NCBI RefSeq assembly: GCF_001194135.2
Contig: NC_068992.1
Coordinates: 56,957,025 to 57,021,024 of the forward strand
Length of the DNA: 64,000 nt
Source: Octopus bimaculoides
Lineage: Eukaryota
Reading direction: 5' to 3'
Part shown: positions 24,901 through 40,000 of the stretch, in pieces
How positions within the stretch are numbered: position 1 is the stretch's first letter
Layout: each line of letters begins with the position of its first letter
Notes under the pieces: generated by a model
What the model saw: the letters and a program-made list of their open reading frames with translations, nothing else
Told to the model about the DNA's origin: nothing
Database searches by the model: none
Made by a program: the position numbers and the translations under genes

Positions 24901-27900
24901 GGTTGTATTTCATGCTACATGTTAATGGAATTTAGATTTTAGTGTCGATCTCATTCAATTGAATATGTTTTCCCTTTTATCATATGAATCCTGAAATGTA
25001 TTTAGAATGGCAATAAAATATTAATGGACATTGGGGATTCTTATTTTAACATTTTACTCAAATAAATATTCATCCTCAGAAAGCAATTACAGAATCTTTA
25101 AATGTTCTCCTTGGGATATCAAACCCATAATTCTATACTAAAATGATTAAACAAGTTGCTAATTCTCAGAGTAGAATTAACAATGTTGATTATCGTATTA
25201 AATCTGGAGCTGTTGGTATCGTCATAAATCTGGATACTTTTTGTTTTGTTACATTTAAAATAGTTGTAATTTAACGTTATTTGTAAGCTGTGTTAAATTT
25301 CAATATATATTTGTAAATTAACTGCTGTCATGTTAACATTTGAAAGGGATTTAGATTACACTGACTGATAAAATATTCTGTATTCACAAAATTTTGCAAC
25401 TAATTTGAGCTAACATACATTGAATTAAATAATTTACTGTAGAGTTGTTTTAAATACACATGCAAGGATTGAATAAAATTCAATGTTTCAATTTATGTTG
25501 GATTTTGGATTTAGACACAAGGCCAGCTATTCGGAGGAGAGGGAAAACTAGTCAATGAGATCAACTCCAATGTTTGATTTGTAAATTATTTCGTTGTCCG
25601 GGGAGAGATGAAAGTAAAAATTGATCTCGACAGCATTTGAACTCAGAACTAAACTAAATAGTGGCATTTTGTCCGACACTAACGAATCTTGTAATCCACC
25701 AAATTATTTTTGATTTATATATAATGGTTTGTGTGAAGGCACGTGACCTAGTGGTCAGAGTATTACGATCGCAAGATGGCAGCTTTGATTCCAGGATCGG
25801 GCTGTACATTGCGTTCTTGAACAAAACATTCTACATTGTACCTGTCTCCTTAGCTGAAAGTGAGTGATAGTTCCAAGGCCTTGAGTCGCGTTCAGGCGGA
25901 ATGTTATGCTCTTGGATATATGCCATAGAAACAAGGAAAATTTCCCTTTGTTTCTTAAGACTCGAGACAGTAATGACCCGGAGATTTGCTAGTAACACTG
26001 AAGCAACATTTTCGAAATAATCTTTAGTTACCTTGCTTTTTACAATTTCTCCTACCTAATTTGATAATCCTGTTTTCAGAAATGCCTTCAGAAATTTTCT
26101 ATCACGTTTCTTTGTTAAACAAAATTTATTATTATTATTTTTTTTTATCAAAACTTAGTTTTGCCATTAAATGCAGTACTGAAATAACAAAATCAAATGG
26201 TACTTTCTATTGTTTAACAAATATATTACATAAAATGATCTATTAATTACAGATCTTGGGATAGATATTTCTGTCAAATTGGAATTTCAGCTACTCATGG
26301 AGTGGACTTTCTCTTTGCTGCTTTGCGTGAATAACCTGCATCATGACAGTTCTTTGTAGACACCAGCAGTAGTCGGCCATCATGTTTATGTTCCACCTCC
26401 CTTGTTACCTAGTCTCCATGGTCTTGATGTCTTGGTGGAATTATTTTCCTGGCTCCTCACTCATTGCACTATGAATTTTAAGGAAGTAGTCTTGACGACT
26501 GCGCAGGAAAAGTACTTTTTCACTCATGTTGCGCGCCCAGTTCTCTAAAACTGCTTAACAGTGTCTGGACAAGTTCTTTGACTTTGTTTCGCTTCTCATG
26601 TAAAGTGTAGCATCCAGAAATATTGCAGAAGTGAGGAAGACTGTTTTGCATCGTATTCTCTCAAAATGGGTCATATTTCTGAAATACACAACATATAATT
26701 AATTAATTAATCATTTGGTTAATAGATTTTTGTTTGTTGATTGCTTATCAGAGTAGACGTACGCTTCTTCATCTCCCAATGAATAGCATAGATCAACTGC
26801 TTATAAAGCAGTCCCGAATTCACAAGAGATGTGGATTGGTGTCCACAATCAAACTTTGACTTCTTTCTATTCAACAAGTTTCTAATCCAGTGTATACAAG
26901 CTATTTTTATATCTTTATTTGCTTCAAGATTCATCGTTCCTAAAATGAACTGTTCAGTCCATTTGTATATACAACTGTTTAGCACATCGTTATCGTTCCA
27001 ACTTCTAATCACGAGTGTCACGACGCATTTTCCTGCTATAGCATGCATTGCAACTAACTGTTAATATCGATTTTCAATGAACAGTAATAACATCCACCTC
27101 GCTCGTCATGATTCATCACCAAGCCTTTCATAAAAAACGCATATCGAAATTGAGAACAATTAATGAAACTTTCTATCCTGACGATCGATAATTGCGAAGA
27201 AAATTACATACTACTTGATCGTATTTCTGTGCACGATTTTGTTGCAAAATTGTAGGGTTGTCAAGAGTCACTTAAAGAGTTTGAGAACCAGCGAACACGA
27301 CCTCTCCACTTTGAATTTCCACGTCTGAAAAGGTTAGAAAGTTTTTATTGTGAAACGGAAGTGCTAGCGAACTCTATACTAGAGATTTGAGACATAATTT
27401 GAAGTGGCGTAACATAAAATTTACAGGGGGAAATAGTATTTAGTGTGCGATACGCTAGCAGTGAACAGGTTCCATTACTTAGTTGGCTTTGAAAGATGCA
27501 TGTATGTAGGGTCCATTAAGAGCTCGTGACCCTCACAGATGCAAAATCAGCCCAGCGTTGTGTAACAATTTGCGGTGATACTAAAGTGGCTACAAATTTT
27601 ATATTCATAGAATTGCGCTTAATTCAATCAAAGCTAGTGAAAGAAAAGTATAGGTAATATTTAGTTGAAGTTGATGGTAGTAAAAAAAAATCTTGTTAAA
27701 TAATTATATCAGATTTATTGGTTAATTTTGTTGTTTATAATATATGTCAATATATATGTATATACATATACACACACATACACATACATGCATGTATTTA
27801 CACATCTACATACAAGTGTATACATTAATATTTACATATATGGTATACCAGAGAAATTTCATATATATTTATTATCCGACAAGATGTATAACGACGATTG

Positions 27901-28259
27901 TATGTATGTAGTTACATATGAATTTATTACCCAATATCCGTCGTTCAAAGACAAAAATTCATTTGTTAGATCAAACGAATAACCCGCTCCTAAATTATAG
28001 TGTCAGTGACTGCGCATTAGACAGACATGTGTATACTTATGTAATTCTCAGGCAAAATCAGGGTAGTGCAAACGTTGAGAGAGTGTACGTTTATAGTTAA
28101 GTGTACAATACACCCGACGAGCTAGCGTACATTTTCTGTATTAGGCATTTTCACTCACAAGGTATGAGTCGACACGAAGCCATGACAAATGACGGTTACC
28201 GATGAATTCAGGCGGGGAAATCGGTCTGGATCCTTGGGGTTGAAAAGCAGACTTCTTGA

Positions 28260-28296
<37 letters not shown>

Positions 28297-29705
28297 NNNN
28301 NNNNNNNNNNNNNNNNNNNNNNNNNNNNNNNNNNNNNNNNNNNNNNNNNNNNNNNNNNNNNNNNNNNNNNNNNNNNNNNNNNNNNNNNNNNNNNNNNNNN
28401 NNNNNNNNNNNNNNNNNNNNNNNNNNNNNNNNNNNNNNNNNNNNNNNNNNNNNNNNNNNNNNNNNNNNNNNNNNNNNNNNNNNNNNNNNNNNNNNNNNNN
28501 NNNNNNNNNNNNNNNNNNNNNNNNNNNNNNNNNNNNNNNNNNNNNNNNNNNNNNNNNNNNNNNNNNNNNNNNNNNNNNNNNNNNNNNNNNNNNNNNNNNN
28601 NNNNNNNNNNNNNNNNNNNNNNNNNNNNNNNNNNNNNNNNNNNNNNNNNNNNNNNNNNNNNNNNNNNNNNNNNNNNNNNNNNNNNNNNNNNNNNNNNNNN
28701 NNNNNNNNNNNNNNNNNNNNNNNNNNNNNNNNNNNNNNNNNNNNNNNNNNNNNNNNNNNNNNNNNNNNNNNNNNNNNNNNNNNNNNNNNNNNNNNNNNNN
28801 NNNNNNNNNNNNNNNNNNNNNNNNNNNNNNNNNNNNNNNNNNNNNNNNNNNNNNNNNNNNNNNNNNNNNNNNNNNNNNATATATATATATGCATGTATGT
28901 ATGTATGTATGTATGTATGTATACAACACTGGATTGCGAAGAATCTATACATAGCAGTATGTAACTATTGGGTTAAAGGCTCCCTTTTAGTAAAAGGCTG
29001 CTCGTTGAATTCGAACGCATATCTCCAGTAGAACTCTACCAGTGGACCACAGCAAATCTTCGGGTTTCTTTGCAGATTCTAATAACTATTCTTACAAGGA
29101 AAAATTGTATGTCGTTAGCGTCTAAATAGTTTATAAACTTTCGAGATCATTATTTTACGTTCTCTCGAAATTTATAAATACATATAGCATCAACAACGCG
29201 TGTTGTGTTTTAACGTATATATATATACATATATGTGTGTTTGTATGTATATACACATACATACACATATATGAATATATGTACAACCGCGCTGTGATAA
29301 GCCTATACAGTTCCAGAGTCATAATTTGAATCAACCAAGTAAATAATACACTCGAAATATAGAAATCGTACAAGTAACAACACTTGTTTCCCATGCATTA
29401 TGCATTACACAATCTCTACCACTTAAGTAAGAAGACTCGAATGAAATTCATTGCAATAAATAAATATATAGAATACTTGCATATGTTTCACAAAGGAATA
29501 ATTGAGAAAGTGTAAGGAAAATGCTTAGAAATATAATTTAGAATATTTTCTGAAGAGATGTAATATAATGTCTTATATATATATACCGTAAATTTTGGTG
29601 GATTTCGGTTCATAATGGTGTACGCTGTATTCTTTTGTTTTAATTTGGATTTAAATACAAAGGTATTATATCCGATTATATATTTATTGATAAGGTTTGA
29701 AACTA

Positions 29706-29745
<40 letters not shown>

Positions 29746-29871
29746 CATCTTTTTTTTGGAAGAACTCTATTCTATAGATATTCATTTGAAATGTGGAGAT
29801 AAAGGAACAATTACTCTGCTCGTATGACGTGTGTGTATGCGTATGGGTTTGTGTTCACTTAAACATACGCA

Positions 29872-29920
<49 letters not shown>

Positions 29921-32612
29921 NNNNNNNNNNNNNNNNNNNNNNNNNNNNNNNNNNNNNNNNNNNNNNNNNNNNNNNNNNNNNNNNNNNNNNNNNNNNNNNN
30001 NNNNNNNNNNNNNNNNNNNNNNNNNNNNNNNNNNNNNNNNNNNNNNNNNNNNNNNNNNNNNNNNNNNNNNNNNNNNNNNNNNNNNNNNNNNNNNNNNNNN
30101 NNNNNNNNNNNNNNNNNNNNNNNNNNNNNNNNNNNNNNNNNNNNNNNNNNNNNNNNNNNNNNNNNNNNNNNNNNNNNNNNNNNNNNNNNNNNNNNNNNNN
30201 NNNNNNNNNNNNNNNNNNNNNNNNNNNNNNNNNNNNNNNNNNNNNNNNNNNNNTATATATATATATATAATATCTATTTTCACATCTATTTATCTATATT
30301 TGTCTGGGTGTGCGTACGTGCGTGCGTGCGTGCGTGTGTGTGTGTGTGTGCGTCGGTGCAATATGCATTTTCATACATGCGATCATTGTAATAATCAGAA
30401 CCATTCTTTAGCTAAACTTCAATGGTAGCAACAACAACGAAGTTACCGGTAATAGTTCAGGTTACCTTAAAACTTTGTAACAATGTTGCACCAAATTCTT
30501 TCAAAACTTTGGCACAAAGCCACCAAGTTTGGGTTGGTTGGGGTTTGTCGATTATATCAACCCCAATTCTTGACTGGTACTTCATTTTTACAAACCAGAA
30601 TGGATGGAAAACACAATGAACCTCGACGGAATTTACACTATATGCCCGCAAAGCGCCAGAAGAAATACCCCTAAGCATTTTATCAGATGCGTTAACTATT
30701 GTCATTTTGTGGTTTTTGATTTCGAATTTTGGTCAGCAATTTTATGGAACAGACACAAGCCGATTACATCTACTCTAGTATTTCACTGGAGTAAATGTAA
30801 TCTATTATCAACACCGAAAGGATGAAAGATGAAGTCCACCTTGACACCAGGACAGCAATTTAATGTTGAGGGTGGCCAGTCAATCACGAGCTAAGGTTTC
30901 CGTCAACTCGCTTTATTTATATATTTACTAATTTTGGGATGAGTAGAGTCGAGGACAGCGACCCTAGGTACTTATATAATATTTATTCTATCGACCTCGA
31001 AAGACTTAATGGCAATATTAACCTTGACAGGACTTGATCCCAGAATGTAAAGAACCGGAAGGAAGGACACTGAATACTTTCTCCGACGTGATAACGAATT
31101 CGCCAGCTCACTACATTTGTCTGCCTTAATGTTGTTTCTAAATTTTGGCACAGGGACTGCTGTTTTAGGGGTGGGGCAAGCTGGTTACATCGACCCCAGT
31201 GTTTAACTGGTACTTATTTTATCGAGCTCGAAGGGATGAAAGGCAAAGTCAACCTCGGCGGAATTCGAATGCAGAACGTGAAGACGGACGAGAAGTCGCT
31301 AAACATATTGCTCGGGATGCTAACGATTCTGTCAGCACGCCGCCACTTTTGCTGCTATTAATATTGGTTTAAAATTTTGGCACAAGGCTACCAAGTTCGA
31401 GAGAGGAGGTATGTCGATTACATCGACCCAAGAGCTCAACATTTATATATTTTATCGACCCTGAAGGGATGAAAGACCATGTCCTTCTCAGTGGAATTTG
31501 AACTCATAATGTAAAGAGCCGGAAGAAATAACACGCCGTATTTATTTTCTCCAACGTGCTAACAATTCCGCCAGCTCACTACATGTTGCCTTAATATTTC
31601 CACATATTTTTTTAATATTACTGCCATTAGTGGTGTTGGACAATGAATTTAGTTTACGTTATAGATCACCCGATTTTAACAAAACCATTAGAAAACTAGA
31701 ACTCATTGAATTTCAGAATATGTTGCTGCTCCCCGAATTGAAAACCTGCTAAATTCACAAGATTTCAAAAACAATTCAAGAATACAATTTTTAAACAAAG
31801 CTTTCTGTATAGAATAGATCTTAGTATATAGTATAATTGTCCAATTAGTTTTAAACATACATATGCCAACACACCTTTATATGAATATGTGTGTGTGTGA
31901 GTATGCTTGCATATTGTTTATATGCAGAATGTCCATGCACACATAAATACGCACACAGGCTCACTGTGACATATACATTATAGATTAACTATAGATTAGT
32001 TGTACATCCAACACAAGGTGAAGCTTGAAAATAAAATAAGACTAAGACATTTAAATCCACACATCCACACCTATATGCTGCTTCACTTCATCTTCACACG
32101 CCTCATTCTATTATCTATAAGATTTACATAATTTAATACAGATTATACATCACTTTTTAGAATACAATACACGTCAAATTACATATATGAACATTGTTAT
32201 TGAGATTTTGGATTCAATAGCGTTCTTTGTGACCTATGTTAAAGTGATTCATTAATTTCATAGAATCGTTGCAATTGTTTTTGTTTTTTGTTTTTTTTTT
32301 TCTTAATATAATTTGCTATTGAACCCCCTCGTAAGTGCTTTGTACAAAAATGAACAAGAGAATGTTTAGTGATATAACTATGCAATATCTAGCTGTATAA
32401 TTAGGATACACATAGTCACTCTCTCGCTCTTTCCTCTCTCTCCCCCCTCTATCTCTCTCACACACACATACATATAAGCACTCACGTACGCTCACCCTCT
32501 CATAGTTATATTGAAAGCCATATATATTTGTATGTTTATGTATTTTATGTATACACATAAATATATGTGTATATGTATATAAGCCTATATATATAAGTGT
32601 GTGCGTGCGCGC

Positions 32613-32694
<82 letters not shown>

Positions 32695-33468
32695 AATAAT
32701 AAATGAGTATATGCATATATACGTACAGGTATGTGCATAACTACGTCTACCTGTATATATAGGTGCATACCTGGGTACAGGACATTGCAAACAAAAGGTA
32801 GACAAAAAAATAATAATAACCAGACTACAGAAAACACACAGGCCATATAGAGAACATTTTCCTTCATCAGCTACCCCCATTCTAACACAGGCGATTCGAA
32901 GAGTCGGACAGGACGCATCGTTAAAATGGCTCTTCCCATGGACCGCAAATTAAATTTGTATACACAAACTAATTTTGTACCATGGAGGAATGTAGTGGCG
33001 GACACAAAACAAGACAGGAAAACAAACGGAAAAGAAAACAAGATATAATCCCGTAAATAAATGCAGGAGTAGAAATGCCTTTAGACATAGTCTCTGAATA
33101 TTTATAGCTTATCTGTACTAAAAACAGCAACAATCACATTAATAACAGTAGCAAAATAACTCGATCATTACTCATATTTGTTGAGTAAAGAAGAATGAAT
33201 GATATCATATTTAGTGAATGTAATAAGTAAAGTGTACGCATGTAAGTACGGTGAAGTGTTTAAACAGATTCCAATATTTCACATGTATTTTTCAGGATTG
33301 AGTGGCCAAAATTTTACCTTTCTACCAAATGGAGATGGTCCAGCTCGTTACAGAATTTTGAATTATCGCCAGAAGTCTTTAAATCAATTTGAATGGAACA
33401 GTGTGGGTTTCTTTAAAGACGGAAAACTCAGAGATGTAAGTTATCGATTTCAACTGAAAACCTCTTAC

Positions 33469-33502
<34 letters not shown>

Positions 33503-34011
33503 CTATATATATTTATATTTATTAAATTATATCCAATTTTTAAGCCCAGTTTTACATAGGTGAAATCTTTTCAGATTTATATAACACATATAATTATAAT
33601 TGCTTGGCCTCCAAATGTAGCGATTTGTCATGTAGCTAGATATTTGCATAACATAGATTTAAAAATACATGCCCCATGTCGAATCCAGCCAAATCAAAAG
33701 TATATATTATTTACATCTACAAATAAGGTACGCCATATCAATGGGGTTAATATAATCGACTAACTCACTCGTCTCAAAATTGCTTGCCTTTTGTCTAAAT
33801 CAGAAATAATCTTTCTTGTTAAGCATTAAGACATTAACTGTCAGATTAAACTCCATGGTCATTCCAATAATGATGTTAATTACTCACCAAAAATTAGAAA
33901 ATTTTTTGAGCGCCATCGTGATGGACATTCAAAAAATTTAGATATCTAATTAAAAAGTTACTTATACTATAGTTTCAACAACTTATTAGGTTGTGCATGT
34001 TCAGCTTCATT

Positions 34012-34055
<44 letters not shown>

Positions 34056-37000
34056 TGATTGGCATGGCTGGCCTGCCAATCATGGCTGGCCTGATTGGCA
34101 CTCGGTTTGTTGTGGCATTTGTTTCAGTTTATTCGATCAATCGAACAGCTAGAAACTAAAATTAACTCGCAAATGGTTGACTTTTCCCCGGATACGCATA
34201 CCATTCAACGGAGTTCTTACGGATATTCAGCATGACACAGAATGGGACAAGACTGGCCCTTACAGTTAAAGGTACCACTCAATTCTGCCAGCTGAATGGA
34301 CTACAGGAACATGAAATAAAATGTCTTGCTTAAGAACACAATGCGCCACCGGGAATCGAACTCGTAACCTTGTGATCGTGAGCCGAATACATTAACCACT
34401 AAATACGCGCTGCCATGCGCGCGTGCACACACACTCATATGATATATAATATTTATGTCAGTGTGTGTGTAAGTGTGTCTGTGCGTGTATCTGTGTATGA
34501 ATGCACACTGCGTAGTGCTCAAGAGATTTGAACTTGAACTGGTAGAGGAGTAAATGTAAGGACAAGCAAGTTAGGCAAGTCGATAAACAAAACATATTAA
34601 ATACATTTAATAAAAAAAATGTGCATATGTTTACATATAAAGTGGTCCGACTTACACAGAATAGAAATGATATCAGGAATTATAGGGGTTCAATAAGAGT
34701 TTTACGAGTTCGATCGCTGTTTCTGAGGGCTCGAGGGTCCAATTTACAATCATTATTTTGGACCACCAAACCTCAAGAAACAGTTGTTAGACTGGTAAAA
34801 CTCTTACACACACACACACATACACACACGCGCACGCGCACGCAAAGTACTCCATCTGGTGAGAGATGAATATTATTTATTTAAAAGACACAATACGATT
34901 CTTTAAGTGCTACTAATAGTTTCACACGCTGAGAAATACCGCAAACATATTCATCAGGAACAAACCACATGTCACAAACTAAAAGAAATAATTGAATAAG
35001 AGAAGAAGCGCGAAAAGCTGGGAAGAAGCATATAGAAAATACGGAAGATTAAAAAACGGAAAACGAAAACTCAATAACTGAAAAGTGAAAAGGCAAAAGC
35101 GTTATTCTTCTGAGACTTTAAATTATAAGGTTGGAAAGATATCAACAAGTTAATCAGGTATAAGCGGAATTTTTCAATTCTTCAAAATATATTCAAACGT
35201 ATGTTTGCAATACAGTTTTCGACTACCAGGTTCATTCACAAGACATCGGTCACCCAGCCCAGGAAGTGTAGTAGAAAACATTAGTCCAAGGCACCGAGCA
35301 GAGGGACCGAACCAAGTACCATTAATTTGGGCACATCACCATGTTTTCTGTCTTATGTTAAAGTAATAGCAGACATGGAAAGAGAGAAGAGCTTTGAAGT
35401 ACTGGGAATGGTTATTGAAAAATTAATGCAACGCGTTCATAAATTATTCTTACATTTGTGATAAAACAATTCATAATCGCAACAGTCTGATTTATATTTA
35501 TGTATATATAAAACTGATTACGTTAGTCTGAGGAATTTTAACATCTGGTGACTGTTATGAATATAAATTATATCGCTTCCTCTTGTGCATTCTCATTGAC
35601 TTGTTTCAATCGTTGGACTGCAGCCATACTGAAGCACACCGTCTTCTTAGTCGGTCGAATTGACCCCAGTATTTCATTTTAAGCGCGGTGGTTGTGCTAT
35701 CGCTTTCTTCTCCTGAAAGCTAAGTTACAGAGACGCAAAGAAACCGACAGCAATTGGCCAGTGATGTAAGTGACAGACAGAAGTACTAACAAACATACAC
35801 ATACACACGTCCTCCCAAAGATTTCTAAATTCTGATGACGTCAACAACATACAATTCTCAATGGTGAGAACAACAGTTCTAAATTACAGGATGGGTCAAA
35901 ATCACGCACCAAAATATTTGATTTTTAAAATTTGTATTAAGTTATAATTATTCATTTTGTTCATCATTTACAAGTACGGGAAGTGAATTAAAAGTAAAGT
36001 TACATTCTCGCGTCATACCGACTCATATGGCCCGGCTTCTCGGTTTCATGGCGTATATATTCCTCACCTGGAAGGGACGTCGCTCCGTCGTAGGATTACT
36101 CATTTTTGCCTGCTAAGTGGATTGCAGCAACGTGAAATGAAATGTTTTTCTCAAGAACACAACGCGTCCAGGAGTCGAAACCACAATCTTATGATCATGA
36201 GACCAACAACCTAACCACTAAACCACGCACCTCCATTGTACACTTACGTGTGTATTCATCATTATTTTATGTATTTTATTTCATTATTCAATTTTAGAAA
36301 ACTTAAAGCATATTTCTGAGAATTCTGGAGAGTCTTCAACTTATTCTGTGCCTTCATACAATCAATTTCCGGGCAATATGATATTGCTGTTATCGTTTTT
36401 CTTTGTTGCAAACATGAATAATGAATGAATCCTTTCACAGACCTCCATACAGTGACACTAACATTTTAGGGTGCTATGGTGGGTTTAGGTGGTTGTTTAG
36501 CTGACTCTCCTGCATCTAATCACTGACCTGTTCTCCTGCTGTTGTCAAAGAGTATCCATTTCTCATCACAAGTAGTGATTTGATGCAAAAATGGTCTTTT
36601 TCCAATCGAGAAAGCAATAAAGAGTACACTTCGAGGTATCTGGTTTTTTTTTTTAGTCTCGTCCAGTTCATATGGAACAAATCTATCCGTTTCCTTGCCT
36701 TTTCCAATTTCCGCAGGTGTCCAAAAGCAGTTGTGCGAGATGTTTGGAGCTCTGATAAAAGTTTTCGAACCTTTGTTCTCGGATTTTGTTCAACCAAAGC
36801 ATTTAATCCATTATGCCGAATAACTGATTTTGGCCTACCCATTGGATTATTTTCAAGGCTATCATCTCCTAAACGAGATCTTTGGAACCATCTCTGAACA
36901 GTTCTGATGTCAACAAAACCATTACCTGAGGCCCTCTTCATATTCCGTAGAGCTTCTGCGGCAGAGTGACCCAGTTTGTACTCATACGAGAAAATCACTC

Positions 37001-40000
37001 AACATAGTTTGGTTGTTATCATTTTCATAAGGTCTGTGGGTACGAATTTTGTATACCAATATTGTTGGAAAAGAAATAGAGCCAAGATTAAATGCAAGGT
37101 ATACATAATTGAGTGTTTAAGTGACTGAAATAACAAATAATTAAAAATGCGACATTTCATGCGAAACGACCTAATATATAATATAGGTAATTAATTTACA
37201 CTTGGGTAATCATCTGGTAGTATTCTGATGAAAAGAACGTTCACCGTCTTCGGCTACCTAATGACAGAAATGCCACTGGATTTACTCCAGGAATTCCTCC
37301 GTGTCTGTGGATTATATAACACGAAAGAAAGAGAAAATGGAATTCACGAGATTCTTTGTTAATCACTACGATCGTTTTGACCCATCTTGCATCAGTCACT
37401 GGCGGGTAAGATTCTGGACAACTGGTGAATTCCATTTTCTATTTCTCTCCCTTGTTATGTTTTATATATATATATATNNNNNNNNNNNNNNNNNNNNNNN
37501 NNNNNNNNNNNNNNNNNNNNNNNNNNNNNNNNNNNNNNNNNNNNNNNNNNNNNNNNNNNNNNNNNNNNNNNNNNNNNNNNNNNNNNNNNNNNNNNNNNNN
37601 NNNNNNNNNNNNNNNNNNNNNNNNNNNNNNNNNNNNNNNNNNNNNNNNNNNNNNNNNNNNNNNNNNNNNNNNNNNNNNNNNNNNNNNNNNNNNNNNNNNN
37701 NNNNNNNNNNNNNNNNNNNNNNNNNNNNNNNNNNNNNNNNNNNNNNNNNNNNNNNNNNNNNNNNNNNNNNNNNNNNNNNNNNNNNNNNNNNNNNNNNNNN
37801 NNNNNNNNNNNNNNNNNNNNNNNNNNNNNNNNNNNNNNNNNNNNNNNNNNNNNNNNNNNNNNNNNNNNNNNNNNNNNNNNNNNNNNNNNNNNNNNNNNNN
37901 NNNNNNNNNNNNNNNNNNNNNNNNNNNNNNNNNNNNNNNNNNNNNNNNNNNNNNNNNNNNNNNNNNNNNNNNNNNNNNNNNNNNNNNNNNNNNNNNNNNN
38001 NNNNNNNNNNNNNNNNNNNNNNNNNNNNNNNNNNNNNNNNNNNNNNNNNNNNNNNNNNNNNNNNNNNNNNNNNNNNNNNNNNNNNNNNNNNNNNNNNNNN
38101 NNNNNNNNNNNNNNNNNNNNNNNNNNNNNNNNNNNNNNNNNNNNNNNNNNNNNNNNNNNNNNNNNNNNNNNNNNNNNNNNNNNNNNNNNNNNNNNNNNNN
38201 NNNNNNNNNNNNNNNNNNATATATATATATATATATATATATATATACTTGTGTTTGCTAGTGCTCATTTGTATATATATATATATATATCACAAATATT
38301 AGTGTATGAGTATGTATATGTATGTGGGTGATTATACAAATTCTGTGGATGTGTTTTGTTGAAAAGAATGAATTAGCATATTTCACAATCCATTCTGAAA
38401 TTTGACAAGCTTACTGCATAATTTTCTTTTGTTTTTCTCTGTAATTCTCTATTATATATTTAAAACTATAGAAAAACGTTTATCTAGTGCATTCTTTGTG
38501 CTTGAAGTATCAGTTTTGCCAAATATCTTGTTCATCTCGACATAGTTTTATCTATTCTTCTTTTTTCTTACACTTCTTAAAGACTACTCTTTGTATACTA
38601 ACTGTGTACTGTTAAAACTCATTATCTTTCTAATACATCAAACATTAAGTGCAGTAAATATACAGAAGAGAAGATATTATCCAGAACTGAAACAACGTGT
38701 AACAGTCGATAAATGGCGTATGATGTTATATAAATGTACACTAAATGTGTTTGTGTATATAACATTTAAAAAAAATCGAGATAGAAACGAAGCAAAACCG
38801 GGAACGAAGCAAATCCGGTAACTGAACCATTGAATGCCTAACATGTATTTCTGATCATGTCTTTAATGTCCCTTCCATTGAATATCCATCCATACATCAA
38901 TCTTCTTTGAGCGCTCTTTCTAGGAGAGTCGTGGTGGTAGAGACCTCAGGCACCTCCTCTATTAGAAGCAACCATCATTACACTTTCTTGTAATTCTTCC
39001 CTGCAGCAGGATTTTAATCGCATGCCTTTATTACTGGTGCTATGACCTCTGAATGCGTAGATGGAGAAATTCCACCTGGAGGGACTACTTGATCTTCGAG
39101 CTACGCATTCTGACGAGTAACGTCACACCAGAGATTCTTCGGAGTACATCATTTTCGTTCTCCTGCGTTTGCGATCGTATTCTTTCTGTCATTAGATAAC
39201 ATTCATAACCGTTGGTGAGGATAGGGACGAAAACTGAATTTACTGAAATTTACCTATTTGTTTTAGATGCATATGATGTGCGTGAGCAATTTACCTCAGT
39301 AGATTAATTTTTATATTGAAAGTAGGCAAATTTTCCCCATCTATTCCTGTACAACGCCGTGCATCTTCTTATTGATTATCTAATCACTATTTCGGCAAGT
39401 ACGATGAAGTGTATATTTCGCTCGGGGGATCTTACAGAAGTGCAATTTGTGCAGAGCTATCTCCAGTATTTGTAAAAATGATTCAGCTAATATCAATCAT
39501 GGAAGTGATGGTGTCTTTTCCTCAGTAATCCGTATTTATAATGCTTTTATTCTTTTATACTTTTATTCTTTTATTCTTTTATTCTTTAATTTGTTTCAGT
39601 CATTTTACTGTGGCCATACTGGAGCACCGCCTTTAGTCGAACAAGTAGACCCCAGAACTTATTGTTTGTTTGCCTAGTACTTATTCTATTGGTCTCTTTA
39701 CCGAACCGCTAAATGACGGGGACGTAAACACACCACCATCGGTTGTTAAGCGATGGTGGGGAGACAGACACACAAACACACACACACACACACACACACN
39801 NNNNNNNNNNNNNNNNNNNNNNNNNNNNNNNNNNNNNNNNNNNNNNNNNNNNNNNNNNNNNNNNNNNNNNNNNNNNNNNNNNNNNNNNNNNNNNNNNNNN
39901 NNNNNNNNNNNNNNNNNNNNNNNNNNNNNNNNNNNNNNNNNNNNNNNNNNNNNNNNNNNNNNNNNNNNNNNNNNNNNNNNNNNNNNNNNATATATATATG

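Noticed and set aside
26719-27420. Minus-strand ORF upstream of the Chapaev remnant as more transposase
   Set aside because: No recognisable motif in any frame; left unassigned.
32850-32875. CTGATGA on the minus strand as a seventh hammerhead
   Set aside because: No GAAA after a stem II, and no stem III or UH triplet.
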